The notes: a model not told the origin generated them from the sequence alone. 63,134 bases of DNA, filler included, from Octopus bimaculoides (GCF_001194135.2; 4 parts of 4 records of this genome joined end to end with filler, not necessarily neighbours in it), one strand, 5' to 3'; positions 13,574-25,139 are shown, numbered from the whole stretch's first letter. Numbers and translations: made by a program.

Positions 13574-14199
13574 TAATAATAATAGTAATAATGATTTCAA
13601 ATTTTGGTACGAGGCCAGAAATTTACGGGATGTGGGGAAGTCAATTATAATGCTATTTTACAACAAGAAAAATCAACAACAACAACAACAACAATAATAT
13701 TAAAAAGAAATTTAGGAGAAAAATGCTTGAAAACATTCTTGAAGTCTTTTTAGCCAACCAGTAACTTTAGAATTGTTTGAAAGGGACAACTTCAAGAAAG
13801 AGATGTCTTCTTTAAAATAAACCACAAAAAATGAATAACAATGATAACAGATCTTATTTCAGGGAAATAAAAAGGATAGAAGATTGTTTGTTAGTTGTGT
13901 GTGTTTATTGTTTTATTATTAACAGAAATATAACAGAAATCGATATAAATGGAAGAAGAATTGTGGAATGTTTAAACAATTCTTAATGTCAATGGTTTTA
14001 AAAAGACAATTGAAAACTAACAATTTATAAATACCATTGTAGTTTGCAAGCTCCATAAAAATAATAAATACCGATGCTTTTAAATAAGACAATGGACAAA
14101 TAAAATCATTTACAAAATACATTGTACCTTAATAACAACAACAAAAAAAGTAATGTGAACGTCTCTATAAATACAAAAGGAAAATAAAGATTTTGCTGT

Positions 14200-16590
14200 C
14201 ACTTATACATTTACTCGTATGTCACTGATGACAGTTACTTCATATCAGGCTTATAGTTGGTTGTTATGAATGGTAGGGATGCAGGACTAGTTTTATCAGC
14301 CAGGCTCCTTCTATAATTAGATATGACGAACTTCAACAGTGTAAACAATGACTGCCAGTCGGGGTATGGTGATGAATATACAATTAATATTGTATATTAA
14401 GATTCTTCAGACGAGAAACAGTTACAGGCCATATAATCAATAAATCTGTTCAAAAACAACATTAAGAAATATAACAAAAGAGGTGTTGACTGGAACGGTG
14501 GTTCAAGTATTGCTTCTTCTGGTTCTTTCTCAGTTCTTCCTTGCATATTTGATTTGGTTTTTCGAAGAATTTTTTACAAATCATCTGCATTTTCTTTAAG
14601 CAATTCACAGTCGCAGGACACTTGCTGCTGTGCTGCCAGAATAGGGAGGTTCATTCTCAGTAAACTGGTCCATAAGTTTCGTGATACTGTTACTGAAGAA
14701 TTCACTAGTAAGAACTTTTTCTTATGTGACGGACTGTACAGTGAGTTCTTAAGGTTAATTTTGGATGCTTAAGCTGGCCGCCATTCAATATATTCAATAC
14801 ATTTAATGAGACTTTGTTATCTCTCCAGAATCTTAGATATTAACATTGCCCGGGTGTTATGTCCTACAGCCACATTGTATTATTTGTTCCTTTCTTTACC
14901 GTATGGGTAAGACATTTTACCCATACAGTATTTTGTCGGTTGACATTTTAAACTTTGTAGCGTGTCTGCACGAATTTAATAGCTCGCGTCTCTGGTTCAA
15001 AGCATTTTTATCCTAGAACAGGATGAAGAACTTTTCTGAGAGGCAATGATTACATCTCACTGGTCTTTTATAAGCTCCATGTCTGTATGCTAATGCTTTT
15101 TCTAGAATTTTCCAGGTTACATTGAAAGGATGGGTGTCATTCTCTTTCAATTCCCAGACATGCTTTGCAAGACTACTCGCTGTCCTGTTCTCAGGGTATC
15201 GGAAGGAATTTCAGTGGGAATAGAATCGAGTCTTGAATGAATTTTCTGAAGCCCCTGTATATATTTTATATTCTTGCAAGCCATCTATTTGCACTTTGGC
15301 TCTATAAAGAATACCTTTTTCAAGACATTTTCCTTCCAATGGACATCAAGTCTCATCTTTGAAGTTACAATTCCTCGGATTAGATTTGGGCACGGTAGTT
15401 GTCTGTAATAATTTTAGTATTGTGCTGGCTAATAAAAGAGACGAAGTTTTTGCAACAAGAGTATCTAACCTTCAATGTTCTATTAAATATTCTATAGAAC
15501 TTATGGCTAGATTGAAAATGCTTAGAAAACTAAATTTAAGAATTCCCTACCTATATTAGCTTTTATGGCCTTATTAAATGCGGGGTTAAACCACAACACT
15601 TTTGCTAGTTCTAGTTCTATGTGGCCTGTTATTGCTAGAATTAACTTGACTATACTGGATCTTCTCCGAGAATCTACTTTTCCTTAATGCATTATTGTAA
15701 TACTGCGCAGCATTTTGAAATGCTGTCTCATCTAAAGAAATTGATGATATTCTTTGGAAGAAAGTAATCAGATCCTTCTTAAGTTTATCTAACTCATGGC
15801 CGTTTAAATTACAAGTGACTATAAGACCATCATCCCTGTATAATCTTGCATCTATAAAAGGGAATTCTAGATGCAGATTATGCAAAATATAAGTTCCTAT
15901 AAGCATACATAACTCTGCCCCATCATTTCCCCCCCATCGGAACGTCGAAAAGAGAATCTTCACTCTTTTTGACCCAGGTGGAATCATCGTAAAAAAGAAG
16001 GGATTTTCTTGCATGCAGGATAATATCTATTTCCAAGCTATCGATGGTGACATACTGCTCAGCGAAGTCTAATGCTTTTAGAAGCAAAGGTCAAGATATT
16101 GACAGGTAAAAACCGACAATATCAAATTGCGTAAATTTGCAGTTATGCTTATGGCCAAACCCTTTGAACCAATCTATCACTGACTTGCTATTTTTCCAAA
16201 CCCGTAAATTTAATTCACTAACTTGCTTGAAATATTATCTAAAATATATTTGCTAATAAAACCTATTTCAGTTTTAGCTGGATTAATTAGTCTACATCTA
16301 GGTTTTTTTTTTATCGAAATTGGCTTTGTGGTCTTTTAGGGAATAAAGGGTTGGCATGGGGGGGGGAGGCAGATATTCTATCTTATCACTAACTTTAAGG
16401 TTGTTAGCAATTCTTCTTGCCTCCAAATTCACCTCTTTATATAAAATTGTGTTATCTTTTTTGTTGGTGTCTGTAATGCAGTTCGAAAGTAGACGTTTAT
16501 AAACATCTTTGTCAACCGCGTATAAGTTTTTTGTTTTATAACTTTTGATGTATTAATTGATTAATATTTTACAGATAATTATTTACCCTG
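14200..16590 (-). mobile_element. Penelope-like element (PLE), Naiad/Chlamys type; 5' end runs into gap, 3' boundary approximate
   Basis: Minus-strand translation across frameshifts gives RT motifs [33 protein letters not shown] and LYRDDGL. These are followed by linker WFNPAF..KHF..IFNR..YSC..HN and a C-terminal GIY-YIG endonuclease. Confidence 0.85.
14917..16560 (-). pseudogene. disrupted PLE RT / GIY-YIG endonuclease ORF
   Basis: EN reads CN(F)KDET*CPLEGKCLEKGILYRAKV..KIYTG..FKTRFYSH*..SLAKHVWELKE..CNHCLSEK..LN.R.EL..CRH. It has several frameshifts, stops at 15346-48, 15211-13 and 15013-15, and an apparent thumb-region deletion near 15755. Confidence 0.85.
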
Positions 16591-16987
16591 NNNNNNNNNN
16601 NNNNNNNNNNNNNNNNNNNNNNNNNNNNNNNNNNNNNNNNNNNNNNNNNNNNNNNNNNNNNNNNNNNNNNNNNNNNNNNNNNNNNNNNNNNNNNNNNNNN
16701 NNNNNNNNNNNNNNNNNNNNNNNNNNNNNNNNNNNNNNNNNNNNNNNNNNNNNNNNNNNNNNNNNNNNNNNNNNNNNNNNNNNNNNNNNNNNNNNNNNNN
16801 NNNNNNNNNNNNNNNNNNNNNNNNNNNNNNNNNNNNNNNNNNNNNNNNNNNNNNNNNNNNNNNNNNNNNNNNNNNNNNNNNNNNNNNNNNNNNNNNNNNN
16901 NNNNNNNNNNNNNNNNNNNNNNNNNNNNNNNNNNNNNNNNNNNNNNNNNNNNNNNNNNNNNNNNNNNNNNNNNNNNNNNNNNNNNNN

Positions 16988-17336
16988 GAGAACAGGACAG
17001 CGAGTAGTCTTGCAAAGCATGTCTGGGAATTGAAAGAGAATGACACCCATCCTTTCAATGCAACCTGGAAAATTCTAGAAAAAGCATTAGCATACAGACA
17101 TGGAGCTTATAAAAGACCAGTGAGATGTAATCATTGCCTCTCAGAAAAGTTCTTTATCCTGTTCTAGGATAAAAATGCTTTGAACCAGAGACGCGAGCTA
17201 TTAAATTCGTGCAGACACGCTACAAAGTTTAAAATGTCAACCGACAAAATACTGTATGGGTAAAATGTCTTACCCATACGGTAAAGAAAGGAACAAATAA
17301 TACAATGTGGCTGTAGGACATAACACCCGGGCAATG
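16988..17336 (+). repeat. inverted near-identical copy of the PLE 3' end (pseudo-LTR)
   Basis: 349 bp matching the reverse complement of 14844-15192, with about 2 substitutions seen by eye. Confidence 0.9.
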
Positions 17337-18147
17337 CCGGGGTGCACTGATGTATTGGTGAACTATCAACGGCATTGGAGAGAATAAGGATTAAAGTGGT
17401 AGTTGAAAAAAAGTTGGAGAACTGGAAGTCATCTGAATATTGGGAAAGAGATTCTTGTATCCTGAAGATGAGCGCTGGGTAACAAAACACCGATATCATG
17501 ATTGTTGCTCAATGCTCTCTGGACACTGTAAAGGCTGAATGACGCAGTATGGACAGCTGCAACGGAGACTACGAAGCCAAGACTAGCAGGAAGGGACATG
17601 ACAGGCGTTCTGACTGAGTTCGGAATACAATCCCACATCTTTGAACAAGATCTTAGGCTCAATTCAGATGGCTATGTTAAGCTTCTGAAGACTGGTCAAT
17701 CCCTGCAGGGAGAGGGTTGCTGCCAGGTCATATGCGTGGCAGTAAAATTCGTCTCCTTGTCATATCTCTGGAAAGAGTCAGAAGTGGTTGTCGAAATATT
17801 TCTATGACTTCATCAGTCTCACTAACTGGCCTCCTAATTACGCCGATTGTAATCCCAAGGATTACTACGTGTGGGGCGTGGTTGAGAAAGACACTAACCG
17901 TTCTGCTTGCAGCACCTAGGCCGAGCTGGTGACCAAGATCTAGGAGTTGCCCGAAATTCTTAGGAAGATAGGTTTCGGAGCTGTCTTAAGGCCGCAGTGG
18001 AAGCTGAGGCGGATACTTTTAGTAAACTATCATTTCTCAGACATAATTTAGTTGATATTTTTGATATTTTAAATACTTTATTTTTGGATGGATATTGTGT
18101 TTTCTTTTCCTTTTATGTAAACTGTCAAATTTAGTCTGAACACCCTG
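17337..18147 (+). mobile_element. internally deleted Tc1/mariner (DD37D-like) transposon
   Basis: Translation includes PHIFEQDLRLNSDGYVKLLK, SPCHISGKSQKWL and WPPNYADCNPKDYYVWGVVE (WPPxSPDxNPxDY motif). The right TIR ...gtctgaacaccctg is followed by TA (18148-49). Confidence 0.75.
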
Positions 18148-19033
18148 TATATAATTTCTTACGCTCCGAACTCGACCAACGCTTTTTTTCTGAGACATGT
18201 GTATACTGAATTTTAACACCAAGTTATTAGTATCGCTATGCATGAGTGAAATATATCGTGTCATAATATATCATATATCATATTATATAAATACACACAC
18301 ACACACACACGCACACATATAAAAGAAGAAAAGAAAATGGAGATTAGGAAGTTGATAATTATTATTAACAGCAGATTGGTCATCTTCATTTACAGCCGTA
18401 AACAATTTTTAACTTCCTAATTTCCATTTTCTTTTCTTCTTTTTCTTCAATATGTTTTTATATATACTGATTATTTTAAGGAAATTCGTTCCCCCAAAAA
18501 CTAGTTATTGAACCAGTATTTCCTTGGCTGAAACAATCCCTTCATGATATTTACACATCCTCTAATTAAATATATATATGTATATATATATACGGAGATG
18601 TACTTGCATAGCAAGTGACCTGATCTGAGATCATGTGCTGGAACGAAAACAATTGCAGCGTGGAAGGTGTTTATAAGCCATTTAAAATAACACAAAAACC
18701 GTTAGATTCACTTCAACATTTGAATTTAATTTGTCAAAATATTTTCGTCGCTTTGAGACCGCGACCTGTTCACTGCCAAAATTCTGTGCTGCATGTATAT
18801 ATNNNNNNNNNNNNNNNNNNNNNNNNNNNNNNNNNNNNNNNNNNNNTTAATTAATTAANNNNNNNNNNNNNNNNNNNNNNNNNNNNNNNNNNNNNNNNNN
18901 NNATTATTATTATCATTATTATTATTATTATTCAGTAGTTTTATTTTTATAACGTGCTTTCACTTCACTACCGAGCGCAGCTCTGTGTGCCTTGGGTATG
19001 TGCTGTGGTTTGCTGTGATGCTCTTATGGTTAC

Positions 19034-19034
<1 letters not shown>

Positions 19035-19097
<63 letters not shown>
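19035..19097. repeat. (TTA)n microsatellite
   Basis: Seen directly. Confidence 0.9.
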
Positions 19098-19099
<2 letters not shown>

Positions 19100-19270
19100 G
19101 GCGACGAACTAGCAAAATTGTTACCCCGCCAGACAAAATGCTTAATGCAATTTCTTCTGTCTTTCGCTGTCAATGAAATAAGTAGTTGTTGAAGTCCTGG
19201 AGTCGAACTAATCGACTGGTCCCCTCTCCCCAAATTTCGGGCCTTGTGCCTATAGCAGAAAGGATTATTA
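19098..19270 (+). mobile_element. SINE family B, internally deleted
   Basis: aaggcgacgaactagc...aaatgctta...gaaataagta...ggccttgtgcctatagcagaaaggattatt. Confidence 0.65.
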
Positions 19271-19553
19271 TTGTCATCATCATCATCATTGTCGTCGTCG
19301 TCGTCGTCGTCATCATCATCATTACTTTTATTATTATTACCATTATTATTCAAAATTATTTCGCTAACGTCGATATAAATATTGCCTGCCTTTAGTGGCA
19401 TATATGACATTACGACTAGATGTCATACCAATATTACATTATAAACTTATATCTTTCTGACGAAGTTTTGTGTCAGACAAACATCTGTTGCAATTTCCCC
19501 CCTGGCTAAAATTCTAGATATTTCTTTCAATAGGAACTAGCCGGAAATAATCT

Positions 19554-19616
<63 letters not shown>

Positions 19617-20049
19617 TGTGTGTGCGCGTGCGTGTGTGCGCGCACGTGGTTGTATAGACACAAAAGTAGATTAGAAGAGAAATTTAGTGACAATGATAAA
19701 GGTAGAAAGTGATGAAGATTAATAAGTGAACGCAAGATGACAAACCAAACCAATGAATAATTATATCGAAAAATCATTAAAGCTCTCCTTCATTAATTTA
19801 TGATTGATAACAGAAACAATGTCATTCTAGTTTATTAGCTATTGTCTTTTACGTTTCTAATACAATATACATTGTTGCATCAATAGAAGACCAAATAATT
19901 TCTGTTCCTTTGGAGATCCCTTTCTCAACTTTCCATAATAAGAATGGTTTCGAATTTAATTACGAAGTCAGCAATTTTAAGTATTTGAGTGGTGCTTTTT
20001 TACTGATCCCGAGATGATGAAAAGTGAAGTAGCCATCAACTTCACTTGA

Positions 20050-20260
20050 TAATATTAGGCAAAAGTTCTCTAGTTCAATGGGGAGGGGATAGTCGATTAC
20101 GCTGACTGCAGGGCTCAACTTTATCGATCTTAAAAGGATGAAAGACGAACTCGATCTCGATGGAATTTGAACCAAGAACGTAAAGAAAGAATAAATTCTG
20201 GGCAGCATTTTGTCCGGTGCAGTAACGCTTTTTCCAGATCGCTGACTTTTTTCCGCCGCC
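20050..20260 (-). mobile_element. SINE family B, old
   Basis: aaaaggatgaaagacgaactcgatctcgatggaatttgaacc...ccgccgcc. Confidence 0.6.
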
Positions 20261-20419
20261 ATTATATCAACAGTTCTTTCAACAAATCTTTGAATTACTT
20301 TACCTATTCAGAATTTTTGCTCAAACAGAACTTAATAGTTTCAAAAATGAGAATTCTTCGTATTGTGTATGCTCACACTGAGAATCTTGGAGTATTTGAA
20401 TATTAAATATCTGTATATA

Positions 20420-20826
20420 AGCGCAAGCTGTCTACTTAAGAATCTTGCTTTGCTACTGTATAGTCTCGTCTTCAGTCCCACTGAGTGACACTTTGGGCAA
20501 GTGTCTTCCATTTTAACCTCGAGCTGACCAATGCATTGTGAGTGGATTTTGTCCACGGAAACTGAGGAAACCCATCGTATATATGCATGGTGTGTGTAAG
20601 TATGCGTGTACGTTTGTGTCTTTGTCTTCGCATTTCCCCTACCCTTAGCACTTGGTAACCGGTGTTAGGTTGTTTACGTCCACGTAACTAAACTGGAGCA
20701 GACTTTAGAAATGTCTCAGACTTTAAAAATAAATAACTACAGGAGTCAATTTGCTCGCCTAACCCCTGCACGGCGGTCCTTCAGCAAATCTGCTATCCAA
20801 TAAATGAAACAAGTATAAGATAAAAG
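20420..20826 (+). mobile_element. SINE family A, old full-length copy
   Basis: ttcagtcccactgagtgacactttgggcaagtgtcttc...gtgagtggatttt...acggaaactga...gtttacgtcc...gaaacaagtataagataaaag. Confidence 0.7.
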
Positions 20827-21014
20827 AATTATTCACTTTTTAATGTCTCCCCAAACATTTTAAATATTCAGCATTCTTAATCCCAATAGTTCATCACATG
20901 AACACATCAGATTAAAAATAAAATTCCATCAGTTTCATTAAACTGTTGTATAAAATATCTATTTCTTATCGTTGAAGATTAACAAAGTGATTAAGCCTAT
21001 CATCAACCATGTCT

Positions 21015-21175
21015 CTTTTATCTTTTACTTGCTTCAGTCATTGGACTGCAGCCATTCCGGAGCACTGCCTGGAAGATTTTAGTGGGAACAAATCAATCCC
21101 AGTACTTATATTTAAGTTTGGTGCTTATCCTTATCGGACACTTTTTCAGAACTACGAACTTACGGAGAGGTAAAC
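21015..21175 (-). mobile_element. SINE family A, 3' half
   Basis: tcttttacttgcttcagtcattggactgcagccattccggagcac. Confidence 0.65.
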
Positions 21176-22906
21176 AAAAAAATATGCATGAAATGAAAAT
21201 GAGTTTGACCGAGTTATAACATTCTCAAAGGATGTAGAGTTGGAGTTTGGTCAGGATAAATGTTGTCATATGGTTGGTAAAAGAGAGAAACTATAACCTA
21301 GACTAGTAACATTTCCATCAATGATTTAACTGTTTCCTCTGTATCTGACGAAGAATGTTACAGGTATCTATGGGTGGATGAAAATGGCACCTATAACAAT
21401 GGCACCTGTAACAATGGCACCTATAACAAAACATGTGTCACGAAAGAATATTACAGCCCAATAAAGATAATTTAGAGCTCACAATTTTCTGTATTCAATA
21501 AAAAAAATGTGGCCCACAATGTGTTTCCAGTGTCAGTACTCGTACCAACATTTGGGCTGCTTGATGAGATCCGAGCCATTGATGTGAAAACCCGAAAAAT
21601 ACTAACAGGCAAACATAATTTCCACATAAACAGTGACGTAGACTGCTCTAACTAAAACGAATACAAGGCGGTAGAGGGTTAACATCGATCCAAAATGCCT
21701 TTGAATGTCGCATCATATCCCTTGGGCAAGCGTCTAAATGCATCCCTTGACTAAGTTTGCATACATGAGGCTGATAACATGAGTCTTGGAAGGCAGCTCC
21801 TTGAACAACACTCTTTGTCTTATAACTTAGATTACATACCCAAAGAAGTCGCATGACTCTACTGCAACGTATCGTCAGATGACAGGATGAACCTATATGA
21901 GCAGAAGATTATGCATAGATATATTAGTAGAAAGCTCCGTGATGATAGTAACATCGATCATCAAAGCAGTTTATCATGGACCAATAGCCGGATTACTACC
22001 TCTCACTCTGAAGGGTACGCGTTTGCGATCCAGGAACAGGAAATATCAACCAAGTACCTGATGCACAAAAGGGATAGAGATGCAGGAAAAGCAGTAAAAT
22101 GTGACAACCGATGTAAACTTTCTGAAGTGCACACTGAAGATATCACCCACATCATAAGCAGTTGTCCGAAAATGTCATCTCGATATTATTTACCGATGCG
22201 ACATGATGTTGTAGCTAGGACACTCTATAATGAAATCCGTCGGAAGGATAATCCAGAGGACACAGAAATAAGAACCCATAATATGGCAGAAGCCATAGCC
22301 ACTAATAAAAAGGAATACTGTTGGAATGTACCAGTGAAGGCCTCAACAAAATGTAAGCACAACAGACCTGATATAATGATTTGGGATAGAGAAGAGAAAC
22401 TGTGCACAGTTGTGGAAATTAGCTGCCCAGCAGATGTTAACATAAAGCTGAAGATCAGTGAAAAAGAGAACACCTATGCTGAGCTATTGAGAAATCTGCA
22501 GTTACTCTATCCAGATTACAAGTTCAGGTTTATACTTGTAATTATTGGATCCCTGGGGTAGGTAACACATTGCCTAAATACCAATCTTGAGAAATTAGGC
22601 TTCTCAAAACCAGAAAGGAGAAAGCTAATTCAAAGATTACAGATCCAATCCATCATTGGAACTTTAAAAATCTGTTAAACTTTCCAGAAGTTTATCATTT
22701 ACATGTATATGAGCATATCTAGATGTGCAACTATATGCATGATAATACATACATAAAACATGCAAATCTGCACATACATACATACGCTCATACAAAAATA
22801 CCCTGTTGTTGATGTTGAGATTCCAGTGAAGGAGCCTTGAATCTAAGTTAGAAACTGATTCTTTCTCTATTGGCAAAAAAATCTTGAAATAAAAACTGAA
22901 TAATGA
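21176..22906 (+). mobile_element. 5'-truncated R4/Dong-like non-LTR retrotransposon (RLE clade), copy 1
   Basis: Distal RT (FSKDVELEFGQDKC), zinc knuckle C..TEDITHIISSC..Y..RHD, restriction-like endonuclease RPDIMIWD..VEISCP..EK..Y and C-terminus IGSLG*..LEKLG..IQ. The 3' UTR ends in (ACAT)n at 22906. It contains a 15-bp triplication at 21383-21427. Confidence 0.8.
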
Positions 22907-23019
22907 CATACATACATACATACGTACATACATACATACATACATACATAATATATGAGAACAATGAGGTTGTGAACAGCCGTAGGGAGAGAAAAATCTA
23001 CATCAACATGGATCTTATT

Positions 23020-23160
23020 CACAAGTGAGTATACTGGAGTAACGGGAAATGAAGTGTTGAAGAGTCATGTTGAAGGACACAACGTGGTACCCAGTTCAAG
23101 AACCGAACCCACAACCTCACGATCGTGTGCATAATACTCTAACAACAAGGTCTCACGCCT
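23020..23160 (-). mobile_element. tRNA-derived SINE family D, 5' part
   Basis: Reverse complement aggcgtg..gttgttagagt..cacgatcgtgaggttgtgggttcggtt..cgttgtgtccttc resembles 40655-40760. Confidence 0.5.
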
Positions 23161-23734
23161 AGTGGTTGAAGGGTCGGGCTTAAAATGACATACGTTTCTA
23201 ATTTGAAGAGGATAGCTTCTTTCCCACACTTTTCTGCAAATAACAAGCATCTTTCCGGTTAATTTCCATTGAAACAAATATCTAGAATGTTAGCCGTGGT
23301 GCGGGGGAAATAGTAACAGATGTTGTCTGAAAGAAAACTTTGTCGAAATAATATAAGTTTTAATGTATTGTTGGTATGACATCTTGTTTTAGATTCATAT
23401 TTGTCATTAAAAATACAGACACTTATATGAACTTTTGTTAAAATATTTTTGAATACTAATAATATTATTATTGTCAATCAACATCTTTTGTTGTATGTCA
23501 ACAACCCAGTCATTCATGCTTTATTTTCCTGCTTGCATTGAAGTCAGTTGTTGACCAGATATTCTCTACCGTAGGAGACACGTTTTAGCTCCTCCCCCCA
23601 TCTCTCTCTCTCTCTCTTTGACTCTTTTTTCTTTCTCTCTGTCACTCATTCACTCACTCTCGTACTCTCTTCCTTGCTTCATATATTTCATTTATTCACT
23701 CTGTTGTTTATCTCTATCTCTCTATCTATCTCCC

Positions 23735-23774
<40 letters not shown>

Positions 23775-24184
23775 TCTCTCTCATCCTAATTTTAACAACG
23801 TCTCTCTCATATTATATATTCAATATTTATTCTCTATTTTTGTCTTTATCTTTTGTGCCTATCATGTAATAAAGCACATTTAGCTTTCATATTCCTATTT
23901 GCTCCTTATGTATTCTTTAGTTGTGGCTGGGGAGAAGATTATTAAACTCTAATCACAGAGATTCATACCCAGGAAAGGAAGGATAAGCATCGACAGTTAC
24001 ATTCAGAAACGTCGGAGAAAAGAGTTCATATTACACATCCCATACATCCCACCCTAAGAAATAGAGCTGAAATATCACCTCGACTACCACAACCACCACC
24101 ACCATCATCATCATCATCATTATTATCGTCATCATCATCACCATCACCATCACCACCATCAATTTCTAAAAGTACATCGCGAAG

Positions 24185-24400
24185 AAGCAGCCTTTATGTG
24201 ATCGTTCGGCCTGCTAGAAATAGCAGCCAAACACCCTCAAAATTGAATGCTATTGTCCTAAAAAGGAAAGTCATATGGTTCCAGGATAATCTAGATTTCC
24301 TGAAAACACACATAACTGAAACAAAGGTGGGTTGATCCTGGGTCGAACACTTTTGGCTATAGCTTACTCAATTAGTGTTGGCTTGGGGCTACACAACAAC
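24185..24400 (+). mobile_element. dispersed repeat family C (related copies near 6890-7110 and 26640-26800)
   Basis: Shared blocks ctagaaatagcagccaaa...aaaaaggaaag...ggggctaaacaacaac among the three loci. Weak by-eye similarity. Confidence 0.4.
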
Positions 24401-24616
24401 TAGAGCTCAGTAAATCGTTTCTGATTACCTGCAAATTATATTTCCAGCGCAAGACTGAAGTTACCTTTTTCAAAACGTTAACGATAAAGTACTTCTGACC
24501 CTACCCCACTACATTGACTAAAATCCCTCACGAAATTAATGGTTTGTTTTGGTTAAGTACAAGATCACCACATAATTTCTTAACTGCTCGTATTAACATT
24601 ATATCATGCGTCTTTT

Positions 24617-25085
24617 AAGGTGGCAAGCTGACAGAATAGTTAAAGCGTCGAGGGCGGCGACCTGGCAGAATCGTTAGCAAGCTGGGCGAAATGCCTAGCG
24701 GCATTTCGTCTGCCGTTACGTTCTGAGTTCAAATTCCGGCGAGGTCGACTTTGCCTTTCATCCTTTCGAGGTCGATAAATTAAGTACCAGTTACGCACTG
24801 GGGTCGATGTAATCGACTTAATCCCTTTGTCGGTCCTTGTTTGTCCCCTCTATGTTTAGCCCCTTGTGGGCAATAAAGAAATAAGAATAGTTAGAGCGTC
24901 GTGCAAAAAATGTTTCGGAGCATTTCAACTGGCTCTTTAAACTCTGGGTTCAAATTTCGCCGAGATCCCCTTTTATCCGTTTGGTGCCAATAAAATAAGA
25001 ACCAGTGGAGCACTGGTGGCTATGTAATCGAATATGCCACCCCTAAAATTTCTGGCCTTGTGCCTATAGTAGAAAGTATTATTTT
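24617..25085 (+). mobile_element. older SINE family B copy interrupted by a younger B copy
   Basis: aaggtggcaagctgacagaatagtt...[insert]...gggttcaaatttcgccgag...ggccttgtgcctatagtagaaag. Confidence 0.7.
24651..24883 (+). mobile_element. young SINE family B copy (distinct 3' tail) with 18-bp TSD
   Basis: A-box TGGCAGAATCG, B-box GAGTTCAAATTCC and core gcctttcatcctttcgaggtcgataaattaagtaccag. TSD is agaatagttaaagcgtcg (24633-50) / agaatagttagagcgtcg (24884-901). Confidence 0.85.
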
Positions 25086-25139
25086 TATTATTATTGTATT
25101 GAAGAGACGTGGCTATGTGGTTGAGAAGCTTATATTTAT

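Noticed and set aside
14211-14250. Possible hammerhead in the PLE 3' region (CTGATATGAAG-hairpin-CGAGTA, minus strand)
   Set aside because: The core needs an indel plus substitutions, and no stem I/III partner was found. At most it is a decayed relic.
15211-15348. In-frame TGA codons in the Naiad-type endonuclease as selenocysteine
   Set aside because: Some Naiads are selenoproteins, but both TGAs fall at non-Cys positions of the CxC-x5-C-x5-C and H-x-S-F motifs. They are best explained as ordinary nonsense decay (e.g. CGA to TGA). A TAG and frameshifts are also present, and no clear SECIS was seen.
18847-18858. TTAATTAATTAA islands inside N runs (also 30868-30879, 57507-57518)
   Set aside because: Identical 12-mers embedded in gaps are scaffolding/linker artefacts.
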